A stretch of 64,000 bases of DNA from an uncultured Verrucomicrobiae bacterium (GCA_963788655.1 CAWBHS010000088.1:1-64000), one strand, 5' to 3'; numbered from the stretch's first letter, positions 38,791 through 49,102 are shown. The notes: generated by a model from the sequence alone, not told the origin. Program-made: numbers and translations.

Positions 38791-38975
38791 TATCCGGCCG
38801 GTGCCGGGAAGTCGGGCGGCTGGGCGCGAAATTCGGAGCACGGGGCGCACGCATACAAGTTTTGAAAGCACAAATATTCGAATTCGAAATCGTCAGGGGC
38901 CTCACAGCGTGCCCAGGGCGACCGTTTTAACTCAAAGCCTGATGAAAGGACGCTGTGACAGGTTATAGGTTGACC

Positions 38976-39770
38976 ATGAATACTCCAAATCCACTTCACC
39001 CCCAGGGCACTTTTATCGAGAACCAAGGCAGGTCGCACGTTCGGATCGCCGTGTTTACGATTCTCGCGGTTCATGTCGTGTTACTTGGAGCGTTGCTGCT
39101 CCAGGGCTGCAAACGAACCACGACCGAGACGGACGCCGACGAGAACGCATCCAGTTCCTTGCCGCCGTTTGAACCGACCTCGAACGTGTTCGCGCCACCT
39201 CCACCGGTCACCACTTTTGCGCCGCCGCCCGAAGTGACACCCGTCGAGCCACCGCCTACCATTTCCACCACGCCGCCGGTGGAGACATCCGCCCCGCCCG
39301 TGGTGACCACGCCACCGGTGGTGCCGCCCATCCCTTCCGCGGTTACGCCACCTGTACCTACGGCGGTGACCCCGCCCAGCGAATTCTATCCGCCGACCGC
39401 CAACCGCGAGCACACCGTGGAAAAAGGCGACAACTTCTATACCCTGGCCAAGAAATACGGCGTGTCGATGAAAGCCATCTCCGCCGCCAATCCGGGCGTG
39501 GATCCGCGTCGCTTAAAGATCGGGAACAAGCTCGTGATTCCGCCGGCCGAAGAAAAATCCAGTTCCAATGCGGCCGAGTCCGCCACGGCCGATGGCCCCA
39601 CTGGCACTGTGTATGCCGTGAAATCCGGTGACAACCTATACAAAATAGCCAGGAAATACGGCACCAAAGTTGACGCGTTGCGCCGGGAAAATAATCTGCG
39701 CACGGATCGGTTGGTGGTCGGACAGAAATTGAAGATTCCCGCCAGCGCCACGAAACTGGAGAAGAAGTAA
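38976..39770 (+). CDS. Membrane-anchored Pro/Thr-rich protein with two LysM domains
   Basis: HTVEKGDNFY.LAKKYGVS and YAVKSGDNLYKIARKYG. Confidence 0.93.
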   Translation: MNTPNPLHPQGTFIENQGRSHVRIAVFTILAVHVVLLGALLLQGCKRTTTETDADENASSSLPPFEPTSNVFAPPPPVTTFAPPPEVTPVEPPPTISTTPPVETSAPPVVTTPPVVPPIPSAVTPPVPTAVTPPSEFYPPTANREHTVEKGDNFYTLAKKYGVSMKAISAANPGVDPRRLKIGNKLVIPPAEEKSSSNAAESATADGPTGTVYAVKSGDNLYKIARKYGTKVDALRRENNLRTDRLVVGQKLKIPASATKLEKK

Positions 39771-39900
39771 GCGCACCGCCAATGCAAGTCAGCGCCTGGC
39801 GGTGGCCTGACCTTCGAGTGGTCGGTTCCAATTTGTCGGCGTCCCGCCGCCAGATGCGAACGCGGACACACTGGGCAATTTGCCTACGGCCAACCCAAGT

Positions 39901-40046
39901 CGCGTAGCGTTTGGAGTGTGACCGGCTTGCCGGCGCTTTCGATTAGCAAGAAGGTGTCGCAGGTTTACTGGCACTGGTTTCCATATTGTGGCACGTTGGA
40001 TCATCCAAAGCGGGAGCAAGCTCCACGCACTCCAAACGCGGGCGCG
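39901..40046. repeat. ~145-bp palindromic intergenic element, copy 1
   Basis: GCGTTTGGAGTGTGACCGGCTTGCCGGCGCTTT ... AAAGCGGGAGCAAGCTCCACGCACTCCAAACGC. Confidence 0.88.
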
Positions 40047-40126
40047 ACGTTTGCAGGACTTCTTGACACCCGATCATTGGTATTGATCATTCTCTGGTCA
40101 TTGGGTGATTGCACATTGAACCTTCC

Positions 40127-41257
40127 ATGAAGGTTGCCACTTCTATCCTATTCTCTTCCGTGGTGGGCTTGCTCGCCTTGGGCATGGTCATGCTGTTCAG
40201 TGCCAGCACGGGTGAAGCCAAGTTGAGTTACTGGAAAATGCAACCGGTGTGGTGTGCGCTCGGGCTGGGGATTTGTTGGATCCTGGCTGCCTGCGGAGAT
40301 TACGCCTGGCTGAAGAAACTCTGGTGGCTCTGCTGGCTGGCCGGCCTCGCGGTGCTGGTATTGGTCCTCATCCCCGGCATTGGCAAACACTTGAATGGGG
40401 CGAGCCGCTGGATCAAGTTTCAAGGGTTCACGTTCCAACCGTCCGAATTGGCCAAGATCGCTACCATCATCGCGCTGGCGTGGTATGGGGACCGTTACGC
40501 GCGGTTCATGGGCCAATGGCGGCGCGGCTGGCTTTACCCGGGACTGTTGATTGCGCCGGTGATGCTGCTGATCTTCGCGGAACCGGATTGGGGCACGGCG
40601 ATGCTGTTGGCGGCGGTATGTGCCATCATGTTGTTTCTGGCCGGCACGCGAATTGATCTGTTGATGGTCACCGGCACCGGCGCGTTTTCCGCCCTGGCGG
40701 TCCTGCTGTCGAACGACCCCGTGCGCCGTGCGCGTTGGCTGGCTTTCCTGGATTTGGAGCGTTACAAGGAAAGCTTTGGCTTTCAGGTATTCCAATCGGT
40801 AACGGCCATCGGTTCGGGCGGAATCGAAGGCAAAGGTCTGTGCGACGGACGGCAGAAGTTCGGCTTCGTGCCGGAGTTGCACACGGATTTTATCTATTCG
40901 CTCATCGGCGAAGAACTCGGATTGATCGGCACGTTAGCGGTCATTCTGGCGTTTTTGGCCATCCTTTTCACTGGCCTCTACATCGCCCGCCGGGCGCGCG
41001 ACAACTTCGGGATGTTGCTGGCGAGTGGGATCACGTTTCTCATCAGTCTCCAGGCGGCCATCAACATCGGCGTGGTGACAAGTTCGCTGCCGAACAAAGG
41101 CTTGCCCCTCCCATTCATCAGTTACGGCGGTTCCAACCTGGTCATCCTGCTGGGGTGCATCGGCATTCTGCTGAACATTGCCCGGCATGCCGAAGAACCG
41201 GCCAATATCTTTTGTCCCTCGCTGGAACCTTCCGGCGAACTGGAACCCGCCCGATGA
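40127..41257 (+). CDS. ftsW: SEDS peptidoglycan polymerase FtsW
   Basis: GASRWI, FQPSELAK, EPDWGT, PELHTDFI, EELG, LPFISYGGS. Confidence 0.95.
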   Translation: MKVATSILFSSVVGLLALGMVMLFSASTGEAKLSYWKMQPVWCALGLGICWILAACGDYAWLKKLWWLCWLAGLAVLVLVLIPGIGKHLNGASRWIKFQGFTFQPSELAKIATIIALAWYGDRYARFMGQWRRGWLYPGLLIAPVMLLIFAEPDWGTAMLLAAVCAIMLFLAGTRIDLLMVTGTGAFSALAVLLSNDPVRRARWLAFLDLERYKESFGFQVFQSVTAIGSGGIEGKGLCDGRQKFGFVPELHTDFIYSLIGEELGLIGTLAVILAFLAILFTGLYIARRARDNFGMLLASGITFLISLQAAINIGVVTSSLPNKGLPLPFISYGGSNLVILLGCIGILLNIARHAEEPANIFCPSLEPSGELEPAR

Positions 41258-42510
41258 GTGACCGTGTCAACCAACCGTTGATCGCCATCGCCTGCGGCGG
41301 CACCGGCGGACATCTGTTCCCCGGCCTGGCGGTTGCGGGCGAATTAAAGCAACGCGGTTGCGACGTGCTATTGCTGGTGTCTCCCAAAGACGTGGACCAG
41401 CAAGCCGTAAAACAAATTACCCAGATGACCGTGGCCACATTGCCGGCGGTGGGCTTGACTCGCGGCAACGTCTTCCGGTTCCTGGCGGGTTTTGGGAAAT
41501 CCTATTTCACGGCCCGAAATCTCTTTCGCCAACGAGCGCCGCAGGGCGTGCTGGCCATGGGCGGATTCACCAGTGCGCCGCCGGTGCTGGCCGGGCGGGC
41601 CTGTGGCGCGGCGGCTTTTCTGCACGAATCGAACAGCGTTCCGGGACGGGCCAATCGCTGGTTGGCGCGTTGGGTGAATCAGGCTTACGTCGGCTTTCCG
41701 CAAGCGGCCGAGCGACTGCGCTGCCGCGACGTGGTGAAGACCGGTACTCCCGTGCGCCCGGGTTTCTTGCACCCGGATCACGCGGCCAGCCGCAAGGCAT
41801 TGGGCTTCGATCCGCAGCGGCCAGTGCTGCTGATTACCGGTGGTAGCCAGGGTGCTCATGCCATCAATCGTTTGATGATGGACGCGTTACCGCTGCTGGC
41901 GGCGGGACTGCCGCAACTCCAGTTCCTGCACGGGTGCGGCGGGCGCGACGAAGCGGAAGTCAAAGCTGCTTACGCGCGGCAGCCGGTCAAAGCAGTGGTA
42001 CGCGGCTTTGTGACGGAAATGAACCTTGCTCTGGGCGCAGCGACATTGGCGGTGAGCCGGGCGGGGGCCTCGTCGTTAGCTGAACTGGCTGCGGTGCGTT
42101 TGCCGGCGTTGCTCATTCCGTATCCGTCCGCGGCAGACAATCACCAGCACTTCAACGCCCTGGCTTTTGCCGACACTGGCGCCGCGGTGCTTAAAGAACA
42201 ATCCGAAGCCACCGCGGAAAACGTCGCTGAGCAATTGTTGGCGTTGCTCCAGGATGATACCCAGCGCCAGGCGATGAGCGAATCGCTGATCCTTTGGGAG
42301 TCGCCGCGGGCAGCGCAACTCATCGTCGAAAACATGCTCCACCGTTTAAAGGCCACCGGGCTTTTGCCGGCCAACCTGCTGACCATACCGTCAGCATCGC
42401 ACTCCATGCGCCACACCCCGCCCCACAGTTCCTTCGTAACTGCGGCACTGTGGACGCCTTGGAGATTGTGTTCTTGGCTGCGGCCATCTGTAGTTCGCGA
42501 AGCGTCTTGA
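41254..42510 (+). CDS. murG: Lipid II GlcNAc transferase with an extended C-terminal tail
   Basis: GGTGGHLFP, HESN..PG.AN, GGSQGA, SRAGASS, HQ..NA. Confidence 0.96.
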   Translation: MSDRVNQPLIAIACGGTGGHLFPGLAVAGELKQRGCDVLLLVSPKDVDQQAVKQITQMTVATLPAVGLTRGNVFRFLAGFGKSYFTARNLFRQRAPQGVLAMGGFTSAPPVLAGRACGAAAFLHESNSVPGRANRWLARWVNQAYVGFPQAAERLRCRDVVKTGTPVRPGFLHPDHAASRKALGFDPQRPVLLITGGSQGAHAINRLMMDALPLLAAGLPQLQFLHGCGGRDEAEVKAAYARQPVKAVVRGFVTEMNLALGAATLAVSRAGASSLAELAAVRLPALLIPYPSAADNHQHFNALAFADTGAAVLKEQSEATAENVAEQLLALLQDDTQRQAMSESLILWESPRAAQLIVENMLHRLKATGLLPANLLTIPSASHSMRHTPPHSSFVTAALWTPWRLCSWLRPSVVREAS

Positions 42511-42640
42511 GTGCGTGGAGCTTGCTCCCGCTTTCGGTTGTCAGAGGGCGCACGACACACAATACAGCTCCCCAGTAATCTGAACCTCGCGCCTCATGCG
42601 AGAGCGCCGGCAAGCCGGACGCACTCCAAACGCTGGCGCG
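42496..42640. repeat. ~145-bp palindromic intergenic element, copy 2 (inverted relative to copy 1)
   Basis: Both arms are near-exact reverse complements of the arms of 39901-40046; the spacer differs. Confidence 0.88.
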
Positions 42641-42728
42641 ACCAATCATGGGCCAATCGAAAATAGCGGACAATTACACATATCAACGCCGTCCTATAAA
42701 GACTCTGCTGCTCAGTTCATAGTTCGTC

Positions 42729-43646
42729 TTGCCCTCGCCACCCCAATTTTTTTCCGAGTTAACCGCAGCCCTCTCCGCGGAAGCCGTCGCGCGCCAGAAC
42801 GAACCTTTGGCCCGGCGAACCACGTTGCGAGTTGGCGGCCCGGCGGATATTTATGTGGAACCGGCTTCGGAGGAGGATTTGTCGCGCGTGTTACAACTGG
42901 CATCCCGGCAAGCCATTCCTTTCATGTTGTTAGGGCGCGGCTCCAATTTGTTGATTCGGGACGGCGGCATCCGGGGAATGGTGATCTGTTTGGCGCACGC
43001 AAATTTCAGTCGCATCGAGATCAAGGAAACGCAACTGCACTGCGGCGCGGGGGCCCGACTGAAGAACGTGGCCATCGAAGCCCGTCGGCACCATCTCTCG
43101 GGGGTGGAGTTTCTGGAGGGCATTCCCGGCACCGTCGGTGGGGCGTTGCGGATGAATGCCGGAGCGATGGGCTCCTGGACGTTTAACGTGGTCGAGCGCG
43201 TCCGGATCATGGACCAAGCGGGCGAGGTTTCCGAACGCCTCCGGAGCGAGGTCACGGTCGAGTATCGGCGTTGTCCCCTATTCGTGGACCATATCGCGTT
43301 GGGCGCCGTGCTCAAAGGTGAACCGGCGTCGGCGGAACTGGTTTCTGAGCGGATGAACCGATTCAGTCAAAAACGCTGGGATTCGCAGCCCGCCGCGCCG
43401 AGTGCCGGCTGCATTTTTAAAAATCCAGTGACCATCCCTGCCGGCAAATTGATCGATGAACTGGGGCTGAAAGGCGCCCGCGTGGGGGGGGCGGTGGTTT
43501 CGGCCGAACACGGCAATTTCATTGTGAATGAAGGCAACGCCACCGCACAGGATGTGTTGAACCTGATCGAGCGCCTTAGGCAAAAGGCAAAAGTCGAGCG
43601 GGGCGTTGACTTGGAAACGGAAGTGGAAATTTTAGGAGAACCGTGA
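42729..43646 (+). CDS. murB: UDP-N-acetylenolpyruvoylglucosamine reductase
   Basis: TTLRVGGPA, LGRGSNLL, GIPGTVGGA..MNAGA, SAGCIFKNP, HGNFIVN. Confidence 0.96.
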   Translation: MPSPPQFFSELTAALSAEAVARQNEPLARRTTLRVGGPADIYVEPASEEDLSRVLQLASRQAIPFMLLGRGSNLLIRDGGIRGMVICLAHANFSRIEIKETQLHCGAGARLKNVAIEARRHHLSGVEFLEGIPGTVGGALRMNAGAMGSWTFNVVERVRIMDQAGEVSERLRSEVTVEYRRCPLFVDHIALGAVLKGEPASAELVSERMNRFSQKRWDSQPAAPSAGCIFKNPVTIPAGKLIDELGLKGARVGGAVVSAEHGNFIVNEGNATAQDVLNLIERLRQKAKVERGVDLETEVEILGEP

Positions 43647-43691
43647 TGTGGTCCCACGTGGACCGTTCGCGGATTATCGTGCAGTAAGTCT

Positions 43692-44597
43692 ATGAACATC
43701 ACGGTCATGTTGGGTGGACCCTCCGCCGAGCGCGAAGTGTCATTACGTTCTGGCGCGTCGGTGGCCCAAGCCCTGCGTTCGTTGGGACACCAAGTCAACG
43801 AGCTTGACCCGCAGCAGCCGGATTGGATTTTAGCCGCGGGAACGGAGGTCGTGTTCCTGGCGCTCCACGGCACCTACGGCGAGGACGGTGCCGTGCAACA
43901 ACGTCTCGAAGAGCTCAAGGTGCCGTACACCGGCTGTGGTCCGGAAGCCAGCCGCATTGCCTTTGACAAGGTGCTCACCAAAGAACGTTGCGTGGCAGCG
44001 GGGGTGCCCACGGCAAAATACGTGGTGGTCGATGATGCCGCGTCTGACTGGCCAACCGGTTGGCAACCGCCGGTCGTGCTCAAGCCGGTGTGCCAGGGAT
44101 CAAGCGTCGGACTGGAATTTGTCGAGCAACCGGGTGAATGGAACGCGGCGTTGGCGCGGGCCATGCAATTCGATCGTGCGGTCCTGGTCGAGGAAAAGGT
44201 TGTGGGTCGGGAATTAACCGTCGGCATTCTCGCGGGACGCGCGTTGCCGCTGGTCGAGGTGCGCCCGAAACAAGGCTCCTACGATTACACCAACAAATAC
44301 ACCGTGGGCGCCACGGAATATTTATGTCCCGCGCCTTTTGATGACGCCGCCACGGCGAACATCCAGCGAGTGGGTCTGGCTGCCTTCGAGGCGGTGGGCG
44401 GCGGTGATTACGCACGGGTGGATGTGATGGTCCGCGCCAACGGCGAACCGCTGATGCTCGAAGTGAACACCTTGCCCGGCATGACTGAAACCAGTCTGCT
44501 GCCCAAAGCCGCTGCCGCTGCGGGGATCGGTTACGAGCAATTGTGTCAGCAGATGATCGATCTGGCCCTGACCCGCGCCGGACGAAAGAAACCATAG
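43692..44597 (+). CDS. ddl: D-alanine-D-alanine ligase
   Basis: GGPSAEREVSL.SG, LHG.YGEDG, GSSVG, YDY..KY, LEVNTLPGMT. Confidence 0.97.
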   Translation: MNITVMLGGPSAEREVSLRSGASVAQALRSLGHQVNELDPQQPDWILAAGTEVVFLALHGTYGEDGAVQQRLEELKVPYTGCGPEASRIAFDKVLTKERCVAAGVPTAKYVVVDDAASDWPTGWQPPVVLKPVCQGSSVGLEFVEQPGEWNAALARAMQFDRAVLVEEKVVGRELTVGILAGRALPLVEVRPKQGSYDYTNKYTVGATEYLCPAPFDDAATANIQRVGLAAFEAVGGGDYARVDVMVRANGEPLMLEVNTLPGMTETSLLPKAAAAAGIGYEQLCQQMIDLALTRAGRKKP

Positions 44598-44656
44598 AAA
44601 TCCGAAGGCCGAAAAACCACGGTCCAATATACGCGGCCTGGCCGTAATTCGATCCA

Positions 44657-44835
44657 GGTAGGGCGAGACTCCGTCGAGCCCTGACATCCCCGAAGCACCG
44701 TCATTCATTACGTGATGAAGAATGGGAAATCCTTGGCGGTCGAATATACCAACGCCCCCGGCTTTCCGCGGTTTCGGTTCTTGGTATTCGAAACCGATGA
44801 GGGAAAATCAGGGCTCGACGGAGTCTCACCCCACC
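44657..44835. repeat. GTAG-type REP doublet (REPIN-like)
   Basis: 28-bp inverted arms at 44657-44684 and 44808-44835 (GGTAGGGCGAGACTCCGTCGAGCCCTGA, 2 mismatches). Confidence 0.9.
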
Positions 44836-44888
44836 GTCTGATGCTGCTTCAGTTCTCGCACTCTTGATCTCCTTAACCACTCCGCCCC

Positions 44889-45842
44889 ATGTTCAATCGC
44901 AAACCCAAAAACCGGCGCTTCGAGCGCAAGCACGTGCTGGATGTCAAAGTCAGCTCGGCACGACGGCGGCAGATTTGGTTTCGGCGCCTGGCCATGCTGC
45001 TGATGGTGGTTTTTATGGGGGCGCTTGGCTTGTTCGTGGTTGGCCGGGGCGGCGATTACGTGTTGGAAAAGTTGGTCTATACCAATCCGGCGTTTGCCAT
45101 TCACAACGTGGACATCGAAACCGACGGCGTGTTGTCGCTCGATCAATTGCGCGCCTGGGCGGGGGTGCGATTGCGCTCCAATTTGATGAAGCTGGACTTG
45201 GGCCGCATCAAGCGCGACCTCGAGTTGGTGCCGGTGATCGAGTCCGCGGCGGTCGAGCGTATATTGCCGCACACCTTGCGGATTCGAGTTACCGAACGAG
45301 AAGCGGTGGCGCAGGTTTTCCTGCCGCCGTATTTGAATCCCGATCCGAATCACCCGGTGGTGTACACCCTGGATGCCAAAGGCTGTTTCATGTTCCCCGT
45401 TGAAGGGCCGCAACGCGCGATTCCCACCGCGACCAACGCGCACTTGCCGGCGCTGGTCGGCCTTCCGGTGTCCGAACTGCGCCCGGGACGACAGACAGGA
45501 ATGCCCCAAGTGCAGGCCGCGTTGCGGTTGATCCAGGCGTTCAAACAATCGCCCATGGCGGGGCGCGTGGAATTGCGGCAGATCAATTTGAGTGAGCCGT
45601 TTATTCTCAAAGTCCTGACGGATCAAAACAGCACGATTGTGTTCAGCCTCCAGAAACCGGAATTCCAACTGCACCGCTGGACGGCCATCTACGAACATGG
45701 CTTGCGCCTGGGCAAGCAGGTGGCTTGGATGGACCTGTCGGTGGCCAACAATGTGCCGGTCCGCTGGCAGGAACCGCCGGCCGCTACGCCCATGAATTCG
45801 AAGTATAACCCGCGATCAACCTTCACCAAAAAACATGTTTGA
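44889..45842 (+). CDS. ftsQ: Cell division protein FtsQ/DivIB
   Basis: TM plus POTRA domain (VERILPHTLRIRVTERE); between ddl and ftsA. Confidence 0.9.
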   Translation: MFNRKPKNRRFERKHVLDVKVSSARRRQIWFRRLAMLLMVVFMGALGLFVVGRGGDYVLEKLVYTNPAFAIHNVDIETDGVLSLDQLRAWAGVRLRSNLMKLDLGRIKRDLELVPVIESAAVERILPHTLRIRVTEREAVAQVFLPPYLNPDPNHPVVYTLDAKGCFMFPVEGPQRAIPTATNAHLPALVGLPVSELRPGRQTGMPQVQAALRLIQAFKQSPMAGRVELRQINLSEPFILKVLTDQNSTIVFSLQKPEFQLHRWTAIYEHGLRLGKQVAWMDLSVANNVPVRWQEPPAATPMNSKYNPRSTFTKKHV

Positions 45843-47055
45843 TTCCTCCTCCATTATCGTTGGGCTTGAAATCGGCACCTCCAAAGTCTGCGCCATGGTG
45901 GGCGAGGCTGGCGCCGGCGGCGGCCTGAACATTATCGGCGTGGGCCAGGCTCGCTCGCGCGGCGTCCGCAAAGGCGAAATTGCCGATGCCTCGAAGGCCG
46001 TCGAGGACGTGCGCAATGCCATCGTCGATGCCGAAACCAAGGCCGACATTGAAATCCGCAGCGTGTACCTGGGCGTCACCGGCGGGCACATTCGCGGCTT
46101 TACCAATCGCGGCTTGCACCCGGTGGTGTCGGCGGATCGCGAGATTTCCGACGACGACGTGGCGGATGTCATCAAGAACGCCAAGGTGATGAACCTGCCG
46201 TCGGAGAACACGCCGCTGCACGCCATCCGCCAACATTTTTTGGTGGATGGCCAACCCGGCGTCATTGATCCGGTGGGGATGTTGGGAGCCCGGTTGGAAG
46301 TGGATATGCACGTGGTTCACGGCAACGCCAATCGCCTGCAAAATCCCATCCGGCTGATCAAAGGCTTGCAGTTGGAAGTGGAAGACGTGGCGTTCAACGG
46401 GTTGTCCTCGGCCCTGGCGTTGTTAACGCACGATCAAAAGCAAATGGGTGCCCTGGTCATCGACATTGGCGGCGGCACCACGGAATACGTCGTTTATAGC
46501 GGCGGCATTATCCGGCACACCGGCATTCTGGCCGTGGGCGGCGATCATATTTCCAACGACTTGGCGTATGGGCTCAAAGTGCCGTTGGGCCGGGCCGAAG
46601 ATCTGAAAGTCAAATACGGCTCGGCCTTCGTTACTGAAGCTGACCGCGGGCAAACCGTCACGTTGACCAATGAATTGGGCCTGCAGGTCAAAACGATCAA
46701 CCTGGAGCACTTGCGCCGGATCATGGCATTGCGGATCGAGGAAATCTTCGAAATCATTGCCGATGAATTGAGCCAGGCCGGGTTGTTGAACTACTTGTGC
46801 GCGGGCGTGTTTATTTGCGGGGGCGGCGCCCGGATTGCCGGAGTGGACAAACTGGCGGCGCGGGTCTTCGACATTCCGGCTACGCTCGGGAAAGCGGCTT
46901 TTATCAGTGGGGTAAAGTCCACCCTCGATCAGCCGGAATTTGCCGCGGCCATTGGCTTGGTGAAATATGGTTCGGCGCAGCAGAAACGGCGGGCCGGTGG
47001 CGGCTTCATGCAGACCATCCGGCAACGGGTTCAGGGAATGCTGCGTCGGCCTTGA
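45835..47055 (+). CDS. ftsA: Cell division protein FtsA
   Basis: GLEIGTSKV, SRGVRKG, IDIGGGTT, VGGDHI..D, GGGA. Confidence 0.96.
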   Translation: MFDSSSIIVGLEIGTSKVCAMVGEAGAGGGLNIIGVGQARSRGVRKGEIADASKAVEDVRNAIVDAETKADIEIRSVYLGVTGGHIRGFTNRGLHPVVSADREISDDDVADVIKNAKVMNLPSENTPLHAIRQHFLVDGQPGVIDPVGMLGARLEVDMHVVHGNANRLQNPIRLIKGLQLEVEDVAFNGLSSALALLTHDQKQMGALVIDIGGGTTEYVVYSGGIIRHTGILAVGGDHISNDLAYGLKVPLGRAEDLKVKYGSAFVTEADRGQTVTLTNELGLQVKTINLEHLRRIMALRIEEIFEIIADELSQAGLLNYLCAGVFICGGGARIAGVDKLAARVFDIPATLGKAAFISGVKSTLDQPEFAAAIGLVKYGSAQQKRRAGGGFMQTIRQRVQGMLRRP

Positions 47056-47084
47056 ACGTTCTCAGTATTTGACCCCTCATTGTT

Positions 47085-48398
47085 ATGATCCAAAACTTCG
47101 AAACCACTTCCGAAGAGCAAACCCTCAACCAGCAAATCGCCATCAAAGTGCTCGGGGTCGGCGATGCCGGCTGCAACGTGGTCAGCCATTTGGCGCGCGA
47201 ATCTCTGGACGGCGTCAGCTTTGCCGGGATGAACACCAACGCCCGCACGTTGGCGTTGTCGGCGCTGGATGCGCAATTGAGTCTCGGCGCGAAAATGATG
47301 CGCGGCCTGGGCACGGGCGGCGATCCCGAACGGGGCCGCGCGGCCGCCGAGGTGGATTTGGCGCGCATTCGCGAGTTGTGTGCCGGGGCGGATATTCTGT
47401 TTCTGGTGACCGGTCTGGGCGGCGGTACCGGCACGGGGGCAAGTCCCGTTGTCGCCCGGGCCGCGCGCGAGATGGGGGCGTTGGTGTTGGCGGTGGTGAT
47501 CCTGCCGTTCGAGTGCGAGGGCCTGCGGCGCGAGCGCCAGGCGCAGGCAGGTTTGCACGAACTCAAGAAAGCCGCCGACGGGGTGATCTGCGTGCCCAAC
47601 CAAAAGGTGTTCAAACTGATCAATGAGAACACCAGCTTGGTTGAAGCGTTTGCGCTGACCAACGACTTGGTCGCGCAAGGCGTGCGCGGGATATGGCGGC
47701 TGTTGTCCAAACCCGGCTTGATCAACGCGGATTTCGCTGATCTGTGCGCGGTGACCCAAGGCAAACACGCCGAAAGCGCCCTGGCCGCGGTGGAAGCGCA
47801 CGGGGAACATCGCGTGCGTGAACTGGTGGAAAAACTGCTGGAGCACCCCTTGCTTGAAAACGGCCAGGCCTTGACCGAGGCCGCGGGCGTACTGGTGAGC
47901 ATTGTTGGCGGACCCGGATTGACATTGGCCGAGGTGGACCGGCTCATGGACCAGATCAACCGCCAGGCCGACAACGCGCAAATCATCATGGGGGCGGCGA
48001 TTGATGAGGAATTGGGCGACCGGTTGCAGGTTACCTTGGTGGCTGCCCACCAGGCTCCGGTGGCCGAGGAATGCCGCTGGCAGGAACCGCCCAATGGCGC
48101 TTCCGCGCTGGCGCCGGAATTGCACACTCAACTGGTCGAGCCTTTGTTCTCCCCGCGGACGGTATCGTCGCGGTTTATCCCTCCGCCGCCCGAATTGACG
48201 CCCGAACAGACCGAGCAGCTATGGAGTCAGCAAAAGGGCCGTGGTCGCCAGCGTCAAAGCAAGTCCCGCCTGCGCCAGGGACAGTTGCCGCTCGAAATCA
48301 TGTCCAAGGGCCGGTTCGAGAAAAGTGAACCCACCATTCACCGCGGCCAGGATTTGGATGTGCCGACGTATGTCCGCCGCGGGATTGCTTTGAATTGA
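47085..48398 (+). CDS. ftsZ: Cell division protein FtsZ
   Basis: GGGTGTG, PF..EG, GLINADFAD, C-terminal DLDVPTYVR. Confidence 0.96.
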   Translation: MIQNFETTSEEQTLNQQIAIKVLGVGDAGCNVVSHLARESLDGVSFAGMNTNARTLALSALDAQLSLGAKMMRGLGTGGDPERGRAAAEVDLARIRELCAGADILFLVTGLGGGTGTGASPVVARAAREMGALVLAVVILPFECEGLRRERQAQAGLHELKKAADGVICVPNQKVFKLINENTSLVEAFALTNDLVAQGVRGIWRLLSKPGLINADFADLCAVTQGKHAESALAAVEAHGEHRVRELVEKLLEHPLLENGQALTEAAGVLVSIVGGPGLTLAEVDRLMDQINRQADNAQIIMGAAIDEELGDRLQVTLVAAHQAPVAEECRWQEPPNGASALAPELHTQLVEPLFSPRTVSSRFIPPPPELTPEQTEQLWSQQKGRGRQRQSKSRLRQGQLPLEIMSKGRFEKSEPTIHRGQDLDVPTYVRRGIALN

Positions 48399-49102
48399 CG
48401 GGCTACCTGAAAAAGGTCGTGCCACGGACGTCTAAACCGTAAGGGAACGCCCCGGGTTTCACGGGATGAAAGCGCACCAATTCTAATCTCCACCATCATC
48501 TCAGTAACACTGTTTCAGCACTGCGTGTGCGTAACCTCCAGAAGACGATGAAAGCCACCAAAACCAAACCGCAACCCCTTTCACGGCGCTGCGTGTTCTC
48601 GATGACGCAAGCGCGCCGGTCGGCCGAAGACCCCTGTCGGTTAGGATTTTTCAAGCGTCGGGCCTGGTTGCATCGCTCGCAACAAAGTTGGAGCCCCACC
48701 GCAACTTTCGGCCGCCTCGTCTGTTTATATCCCTCGAACTCGTTGGTCGAGCCGGACCGAAAATGAGCTCGGGTTGGCAGAGCCCGGGAGTGCGAACCTT
48801 GCTCGGTTCGTGCTCCCACAACCCCGAACTCGAGCGATAATTTCTTCAGGGGGAGGAAAACTGAGAATCAAGGCTCGCGAGGCACGGCAGGTGAACATGC
48901 TTCCTCAAGAAGCGGGTAAAAACCACTGGATACCTCCCACGTACCAGTCCCTCTACTGAGATCGGGTATCCTGCCTCGCGAGCCATTCCCTTCGTTGGCG
49001 TTTCACATTGTTTACCACTTGCGGGCGGAGCCATGTACGTTTTTGACTTTCCTGCCAAGTCGCCCTCGCCATTGGCGGATTCACTTGGCATAATCCCCGG
49101 CA

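Noticed and set aside
40735..41253. 591-aa N-terminally extended MurG
   Set aside because: The extension overlaps ftsW in another frame. The real start is the ATG at 41254, which overlaps the ftsW stop.
48400..49100. Small ORFs or an ncRNA downstream of ftsZ
   Set aside because: No recognisable motif or convincing structure; cannot be supported from sequence alone.
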